This document shows, piece by piece, positions 56,131 through 64,000 of a stretch of 64,000 nucleotides of DNA. The notes under the pieces were generated by a model. That model saw nothing but the letters and a program-made list of their open reading frames with translations, was not told where the DNA came from and did no database searches. The translations under genes and the position numbers were made by a program. Each line of letters begins with the position of its first letter. The first letter of the stretch is position 1. Origin of the DNA: the human T2T-CHM13v2.0 reference genome, Homo sapiens; assembly GCF_009914755.1 (NCBI RefSeq), contig NC_060928.1. One strand, 5' to 3'.

Positions 56131-57226
56131 GCAAGTATAAACAGGGTTTCCATTATAAGAGGGTTGGTTAAATAACATGCAACATTTGGAGTCAACAAAA
56201 AATAATTTTCAGTGACTGTTTACTGGATTTGGTGAATAGGATTTTTTGGGAGATGCTAAGACAGCTAGGTAAATGCTAACGAACAGGAAGAAAAGTGCTA
56301 TGAACTAAAGTTTAAATGGTAATTTAGACAATGAAGGCAGCATGAATTAAACATTTCCTAAAAATAAGTCATCTGTTAAAACACAAGAGGAGAGAGAGAT
56401 AAGAAGTTTATAAACTATAAAAAGATAAGAAATTATACTATATAGAAGTTGGAAAGACAAGGGAGTGAATACATAACTGTAGATGTGAAGTTCCCAAGAC
56501 ATTGGAGTGAATGATATCTGCAACACAGGGATAATAATTAGCCTGGAATAGGGAGAAAGATTTCTCTTTCTGAGAGAGGAGGGAAGACGGTAATGAGGAG
56601 TGCATATGCAGAGAATTTAAGTCCTATTCAGAGGATTGGGAAAGAAGGTAAAACATTTTCATGTTCTTTGGATACCATGACTTTTCACTGGTGTCACTTA
56701 ATAACAGGTATTCTTTTACTTTCATGCTCTAAGAGTTCTGTCCATCAGTTTACAGTTTTGAAATCCTTCTTTCCTTCAAGTCAAGATGTTTTTTCCAGGC
56801 CTCCTTCCTGATATTGGTTACCCTCTTAGTACTGAAATTTCAAAATAATATTCTATATCATACAATTTTCTCTTTTGACTCCATGTCGAAGTTTGAAGAA
56901 TTACTTACATTGACATATACAGGTTTAGTGCATTTATTTTTATGCCTGTTTAACATTTAATAGTATGAATTAAATAACATTTAATTTCTTTTTTTTTTTT
57001 GTCAATGGACACTTAGTTCATTTAAATTGGTTTAAACTATGAACAGTGCCACAATGCACATTTATGTCAATGTGTCCAGGTACACAAGTATAAAATTTCC
57101 CTGACACATAATTCAGAAATCACAATTACTGTACCCTAAAGTAAGAATGACTGTCAGCATGTGTTTTTAGTCCGTGGGCTAGGGGGTTAAAGATTTTGTT
57201 TTAGTTTGCCCTGTTTCAGTTACAGA

Positions 57227-57356
57227 TTTTCTTTTCTTAATACATGGAGTTTTGCTATGTTGCCCAGGCTAGTCTCAATCTCCTGGCCTCAAGCAATACT
57301 CCTGCCTCAGCCTCACAAAGTATTGAGATTACAGACATGAGCCAATATGCCCAGCC
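57227..57356 (-). mobile_element. FLAM (monomeric Alu)
   Basis: Single left monomer TTGCTATGTTGCCCAGGCT..CTCCTGGCCTCAAGCAAT..GCCCAGCC. Confidence 0.85.
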
Positions 57357-57559
57357 AAGTTTGTAATTTTGACTAACAACTTTATCAGGGACATACTTTG
57401 CTAAGTAAAATTGAGTCTACAAAGATAAAGAGGAAACTGCACAAAGGTTTCTAATACAAAAGAGACTGTGGCAGGTGCTAGAAGAAAATTCCCACATGAC
57501 ATAAATACCCCACATATGAAGAGTTTTTAAATTCCAACCATAGAACTAGGGCAACTTCA

Positions 57560-59600
57560 TGAAGATTGTTATTTTTGAACTCAGCCTTGGATGATCATAA
57601 ATGTTTCAATAGAAATAAGGTTTAAAGGTAGGAGAAGCTATTATAAGTGGAAAGGAAATTGCTGCCAAGCAAATTAGAGAAAGATTCTAAAATATGTTCA
57701 ACAACAGTGAATTAATGGGTTATTTTGGGTAGATTATTAAAGGTTCAAAGAATAATTTCAGAATATAAAACCGGAAAAGTATGTCATGGTCAGTTAATGT
57801 AGGACCTTAAATACTATCCTAAGAGTGTTACAATTTATTCTGGAGGGAATAGAGAACAATTAAAAGTAAAGTGAAGTGATTTGCATTGCAGCAGCTATGC
57901 TTTTGGATGCAAATAACAGCCAAACACAAATTAACTTAATCAACATTAAAAGGGTTTGAATGTAAGTGGCTTGTTATGAGTTAGTAAAGATACTATGGTT
58001 TCAGGGTTGGCAACATCAATTGATCAGTCATTTTATTAAAGTCCAGAACTTTCAATCCATCTGCTTCGCCATACCCATGTACTAGTGATGTCTTTCTTCA
58101 TGCCTGAAAGATAGCTGCACCAGTTCAAAGCTTCAAATGCAGAACTCTAACGTCCTGTTAAAAACAGGGACATTTCCGATCTCAGATCTCTTTCAATATG
58201 TAAGTAAAACTTTTCCCAGAAGCTAAGTACCATTAGGTACAATTGGCCAGGAATGGGTCACAGGCCCTGATAAAAGAAATTACTGTCCAGGGAAATAAAA
58301 TAAACATGATTAAATTAGATATATGGTGATTAACCCCAAGGGTCTACAGAGAGACATTGTTTCTAGGGACAAGTGATGGTGAACACCAAAGCAACACTGG
58401 GACTTCCTCATTAGAGAGGAAAGTGATAGTTGCATGTACCCAAATGAGCATATCTGACATAGAAGTGTGACTTATGTGAGGAAGAAATGTTGGCGATAAG
58501 CTGATCAATGAAAGGCCTATTTTAAGAGTTGGAAGGAAGGCCTAAATTAGAACAGTTGGATTGCTAAAGGAAAGGAGGTTGCTTTAAAGACATTGGAAGA
58601 GTAAAGAGGGCTTGTCAAAGGCTGAGGGAGTAATTGACAATTGAATGTACAAAAGGCTTGAATGATGGTTCTAGAAGGACTGAGAAAATAGACAGATTTG
58701 TTGTAGAGATAAGGAATGCATAGAAGCAGCATATGGATATTGAAGATGCTGAGCAGTATTTGAATGTATTGATTCTAAGGGGCTATTAAGGTATTAAGGT
58801 ACCCAATAAAATTTCCCTATAAATGCCTGAAAATGTAGCTCAGAAGAATATGTGGGCTATAAACACAAGTATGATAATGAAGCACATAAATGTAATTATT
58901 AAACTATGAAACTCAATGAGATCTTCAAGGAAAGAAAATTATAAAAAAAGGAGATTCAAGTAAAGAAACTGAAAAATATCTGTATTTAGGGAAAGACAAA
59001 GGAGATAACACTAAAGCATATTTAGAAATCAGTGGACATACAGTTAGAGAAAAATCTAGAATAATACCTTGTTGTAGGTATTATAAGATGCAAATACATT
59101 TATTTAAAAGGGTGAAAAATTGTAGTTAGTTAGGTATGACTTCATTCACTATTTCGGTGGAGTGCATGAAGTACTGGCCACATTATGGTAGGTTGAGAAA
59201 GGAGTGGAGTGTAAACAAGTGGGCACGTGGGAGGGATGAGTGTAGGTTATTTTATAGTCTTCAAGAAGTTTGATAATGAAAAAGAAAAAACAATGGTTGG
59301 ATATACGCTTAGATGACTTTCCAGTTTGTTTACTTTTATAATCATAAAGGATCCCTGAGCATGATTATCTGATGTGCAAAAGATCTAGGAGAAAATAAAA
59401 TATTAATAATAAAAATAATGTAAGACTTTAAAAGTCAAATTGTTCTCAGAGGCAGAAAAAGAAGATGAAGTCAAGAGTAAATGATGCACAGTGAAGTGAT
59501 AAGCTTCATAATGGAAAGGTTTGACTTGTTGGAAGGAGGAGGCAAGTAATAGCTGATCATTTTCCAGAATGAATTAAATGGCAAACATTTAGAACATTAG
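57560..59600 (-). mobile_element. L2 fragments interrupted by MLT1 LTR
   Basis: TTTGAACTCAGCCTTGGATGA, TGTAGGACCTTAAATAC, CAATGAGATCTTCAAGGA, TTTCGGTGGAGTG, TCTTCAAGAAGTTTG. Confidence 0.6.
57888..58460 (-). mobile_element. MLT1K/L-like MaLR LTR
   Basis: GCTTTTGGATGCAAATAACAG, AAGATAGCTGCACCAGTTC, TTTTCCCAGAAGC, ATTGGCCAGGAATGGGTCACA. Confidence 0.65.
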
Positions 59601-59653
59601 AAGAGGGTAGAAAAAAATTGCAGAGAATACCCACAAACACCATGTTTCCCCTC

Positions 59654-59695
59654 AAAAAGTATATTTCAGTTTCTAAAAAGTATATTTTAGTTTCT
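59654..59695. repeat. 21-bp tandem duplication
   Basis: AAAAAGTATATTT(C/T)AGTTTCT twice. Confidence 0.9.
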
Positions 59696-60039
59696 CCTTC
59701 TTAAAAATGAAAATTTATAAACATTTATAGTCATACTGTGTTTTATCATTTTTGTAAATATTCTTATATATATATACACACACAGAAATGAATAAATGAT
59801 AATATTTATATTATCAGATAAATGAAGAAACCTCAATCCGTCTAGTAAAACAAAGGAAAGATCATATACTTGAAGAAAGGAAGACATACAAATAGAGGGA
59901 AACATGTGAAATTAAGATTAGTATGAGTCCAGCAACGATGAGGGTTCTACCATCTACACATGGTAGATTATTATTAGTACTTGTATTCTCTTTGCCTGTC
60001 AAGCGGTCAAGCAATTTCTAAGTAGCAACCTTTTGGAAG

Positions 60040-60540
60040 CTTCTGGATTGGCTTGCTGCACTTACAGTTACCTCATAGGGAGACAGTGAGCCCCAGTGGA
60101 GTTAGAAAGTTTAACACTTTCACAGACAGAAAAAGCACTATCAGTGGTGTCAGCTCTTGACAATCTAGTCCCACAACACCACACAAAATGGGTGAGACAG
60201 ATGATAGACAACATGAATAGTGGGATGCTCTGTCTTTAGAAAGCCAACTCTAAACTACAGCAAGCACTTTTATACACTGCAGCTGTATCCAAAAGATAGA
60301 AAGTCCTACGCTTCCTAACTGGAACCAAGAGTCAGATGAGAAGCTGCCTTTCAGCAGCCTCTTGCAATTTACCAGGTGAACGAGAAATGGCCTTGTGATA
60401 GGTCCTCACAAGACTGTCCTTCCACGTTCTAGGGAAGATCACAGTACATTTCACTAGAATTGTGTTGAGTCTTACTCACATGGCCAATGCAGATGAGATC
60501 AAGATTGCCTGGGTGCTATGGTAGACCCATATTGCATGCA
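60040..60540. mobile_element. Possible old ERVL-type LTR
   Basis: ~500 bp GC-richer block with LTR-like composition; family not confidently recognised. Confidence 0.3.
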
Positions 60541-61974
60541 AGAGTCTATTTATTTTACCCATAAATTTCTTTAAAATCTTCTTTTCTAGATTTTTCTCAT
60601 TGTATCATTATCTTCAAAAAGACCTATCTCTTTAAAAAGATAGAAATTACATGATTTGTTGCTTTTACTTAACAGAGACACTGACAGACCTTCATTTTCT
60701 CATGTACAATTACTTATTAAATGCCTATGGTATGACATTTCTTATTAAAGGAATAAATGAATGTATTTCATATCTTTGTCAATGTAAAATGATCAAATCG
60801 CTGCATTAATGGCTCACATCAAAGACATTAGTCTAAATCACAAGTCATAAAATGAAAAGCCATATTAAAATAAAAAGTAAAACTGTAACAGTTGAAAATA
60901 AGAACAAAAAGAAGTGTATCCAGAAAGAGCTACTAATCAAAATTATCCACTCAGAATTTCTTGCACAGGGAAATGCAGAACAGTTTAAAATGAATGAACA
61001 GCTCAATGAGCAGGCAAATGAGAATGATTAGAAAAACACATTCTCTTACATAAAAATAGAAATATGTAAAATAAAGTATATGTGTGTTTTATACACAATT
61101 GGGTGGTTTTCTTTAATGGATTCTGGCTTTTTTGCTATTTTTTAAAGTTAGTGCTTTAAAATTAAAATTTCTAGATTGACTTATTGATCCTTCAATTGCC
61201 TTTTCTTATTTTCATTCCCAATACCATAAGACAGCAAAATACGAATGTTTCTGCCTGAATCTAGCTCCATCTCTAAAGGATAATACAGGAAAATGAAGAA
61301 AATTTGGGCACCTACTTTTATGCAGACAATTAATCTAAGTAGTTTGCATGTATGATCTCTTTTTACTACTAACAAATTATACATGTGTTTTTTCAAAGGT
61401 AAGAAAACAGTGTTATTTGCAGCATAAGAATCTACCTCCACCTCTCTGCCCATCTTAAAGATTTTAAAGCAGACTTTACAAATTCTTCTTTTTTAGAATA
61501 TATTAGAAGTTGAGTTCTGTTCCCAAGTCTCTCTGAATTGCTATCCTGGGAACAGCTCCTCTCTTCCTCCCAGTTGCATTCACTCCTTCAAGGACTTACC
61601 TCATCTCTGTGCCATATGGGGAAGCTTGTAGCTGATTCTATACAGCGGCAGATTTTGAGTTTCAATTTAATCACAAAACTCAAGAGTGCAAAAAAATGTA
61701 ATTTTGTATTTTCTATAATGTAACTGATTTTCCAGCATAGGCAACCATTCCACAAGGTGAAAGGAAATTCATCTCAGTTTAAGGTTTCCCCCATTCCTGT
61801 AGGACCAGTTTTCTCCTGAAGGTTCTAGGAGTTGCCATCTGCTGTGAGTCTTAATGATACATCTGGGTATTTGATGAGATGCTTTTGCTCTTGGTGGCAA
61901 TCTGCAATCTGCCAAGGAAGCCACCCAGTTATCACTTGCCTAACAATAGGGGATATTTGAGTTTGACTCTCATT

Positions 61975-62110
61975 AACCGAACTGTGTTGCCCTCGCTATT
62001 GCGTGTGATCGTTCTGCTGCTTTTCCCTCATGATAGAGCCGTGAGAAACTCACTGGCCATCTACGGTGTTACCTCACCACCTCCAGGCTTTCTGGGCGCC
62101 ACCAGAGGAA
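61975..62110. promoter_or_regulatory. CpG-retaining unique segment, candidate regulatory element
   Basis: 7 CpGs in 121 bp (61978-62098) against a CpG-poor background; partial CTCF-like GGGCGCCACCAGAGG. Confidence 0.25.
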
Positions 62111-63821
62111 TTATTCTGCTGCCTTCTGTCTTGAGGGTTATGGGTTTGCTTTTTGATGGCCCTCAAAGCCTGTCTGATAAACACTTCCTGCAACCATTTC
62201 TATTTTAGGATCTGAGTACTTCCTTGAGATGTACCAAGAAAAGGGATTAAATGTGTGTCAGGATGCAGATCGACCCAAATCTATGTGAATTTCTCTAGTC
62301 TTCTCTCTTGCCTTTGATGATGCATGTGAAATCAGAGGTCAAGGCCCCAGCCAGTGCTGTCTTCAGCATCTTAGTCCTTTTTTCTTCCTCTCTGACCCTC
62401 TAATACTCCCTCATAGTGTAAGGTTAGGAGTGAGAAACCTTGCTCATACCTCACTTGATTTCTCCTAAATCTATTATTTTCTGTGTAGAGATGAGATATA
62501 CATGTCTTACCCAGAAATCCCATACTATCAAAGTCTAAAATCCATAAAAAACTTCTTGTTTTCCCTATTCTTCCAGAACATTCAACCTTTGAGGCAAAAA
62601 GCAAGGAAGCCTCTCATTACTGGCTGAAATAGATTAAGAAATGAGAGAGGGGTCTGGAAACAAGGTGACAGTCATGGGTAAAAGGAAATATAGTATGACT
62701 CTGTTCACATGCCATAATGCTATCTTACAGCACGGTGACAAGTTAACAGAATAAATGAAAAATAATAATTATTTTTGTTGATTCCATCTCTTTAATTTTC
62801 AAAACCATACAGACATAGATGAGTGTACCAGATTTATTAAAATGTTGCAGGTTTGACTAAAGATAAATAAAACTGTATATCCGCTAAGACATTCTATTAA
62901 GAATTCTATCTATTAGTACTGACTTTGTTAGAATGATATCTATTACGGATTATATCATTCTATTAATAGGATTTCCTATTAAGGGGAACATCCAAAAATT
63001 TAGACACTTCGATAAAGCATCTTCTTCAGTGGTCTTTCACTTTGTTTCTGTTGCATTACAAATCATTATCACATTTTTTAGGGGTCCTGAACCTATACAG
63101 GGGTATATCTGCCAAGGTCTACTTGTTAACTAAAAAGGACCAGTAATCTGGGTTGATTAGTCCAGACTAATATAAGGGACAGGTAGTTTAATGTGATGCA
63201 TCGTAAAACAGCCATCTTTGTTCCTCTTTTTCTGGGGTAGTCTTTGTCTCTCCTTTTTGGGCAATCCTAGGAGGGTGTCACATGTGCCTGTTAATGGTTA
63301 CTGCTCAAAACGTTACAAGGATACTGGACCTACTTCAACGTTATTATTTTATGGGTGTAAATATGTTTCTAGTCAAGGTGTGATTGTGGCAGTGGGTAAA
63401 CTAAGTGAGAAGGTGAGAAAGGAGAGGGAACCTGAGGCTGATAGTCTGCTTCCCCAATATTGAGACTGAGATTAGTCTGTGTTAGGAGATATAAGAGAGT
63501 CTATAGTTACAACATTGTCGACACTTGCAAAAATAACTTGAAAATGTGAAAACTTAAATGTAGTGTCATTCAAACAGGCCCGTACCGTTTAGAATTAGCA
63601 GAGAAATTAGGTAAAAGATACTTGCTCTTTTTAACCACTTGCCTATATTTATTAATGCAACAAACAGTTATCAATTATATTTAATGTTTTAGGCAGTTTT
63701 CTCAGAGCTGGGATACGGTGGTAATCAAAACAGGCCACTGTCGCCCTCAATTTTCAACCTTTCACATCTGCTAAGTCTGCTTATTCCTATGAATCTGCCA
63801 TTTGTATGGTAAGTTTCAGCA

Positions 63822-63888
63822 TGTAACAAACCTGTGTGTGTACACCTTGAATATAAAATCAAAGTTGAAATTACTAAAATATATAATA
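63822..63888 (+). mobile_element. 67-bp extreme 3' L1 (L1PA16/17-like) insertion
   Basis: TGTAACAAACCTG..TGTACACCTTGAATATAAAATCAAAGTTGAAATT; TSD AAGTT(T/C)CAGCA at 63811-63821 and 63889-63899. Confidence 0.75.
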
Positions 63889-64000
63889 AAGTTCCAGCAA
63901 TATCAAATGGCAGCCCTTTTACTCTATGTTTGCCTTTTACTTTTACTTCTACTTAAAATGTCATCTCCTAACACACAGACACACAACACACCAGTCACCC

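Noticed and set aside
62091-62112. CTCF site
   Set aside because: Only half of the core motif matches on either strand; kept only as a remark within the CpG patch.
61879-62208. 109-aa hydrophobic ORF overlapping the CpG patch
   Set aside because: No recognisable domain or family; the length is compatible with chance in a GC-richer patch.

Overview
AT-rich, CpG-poor primate (probably human or great ape) genomic DNA that looks intergenic or deep-intronic. No protein-coding exon, RNA gene or CRISPR-like array can be supported, and nearly all listed ORFs fall in repeats or are chance ORFs. Roughly half the window is recognisable interspersed repeat: Alus (J, S, FLAM), 5'-truncated L1PA insertions with TSDs, old L1M/HAL1, L2 and MIR, MaLR/ERVL/ERV1 LTRs including a complete two-LTR THE1D-like element, and DNA transposons (near-full-length Tigger1, a Tigger1 deletion derivative, MER47B, MER20). 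Subfamily names come from recalled consensus sequences and were assigned by eye. Two signals stand out. First, four short segments between about 26.5 and 45.2 kb (28-240 bp) were copied from templates 0.7-3.6 kb away; two have target duplications and one has template-switch filler. Second, an unexplained ~1.2 kb coding-like island at 36.3-37.5 kb has a stop-poor reading frame that I could not assign to a known family. Scattered minus-strand splice signals hint at a possible lncRNA. I see no convincing evidence of a new biological system.
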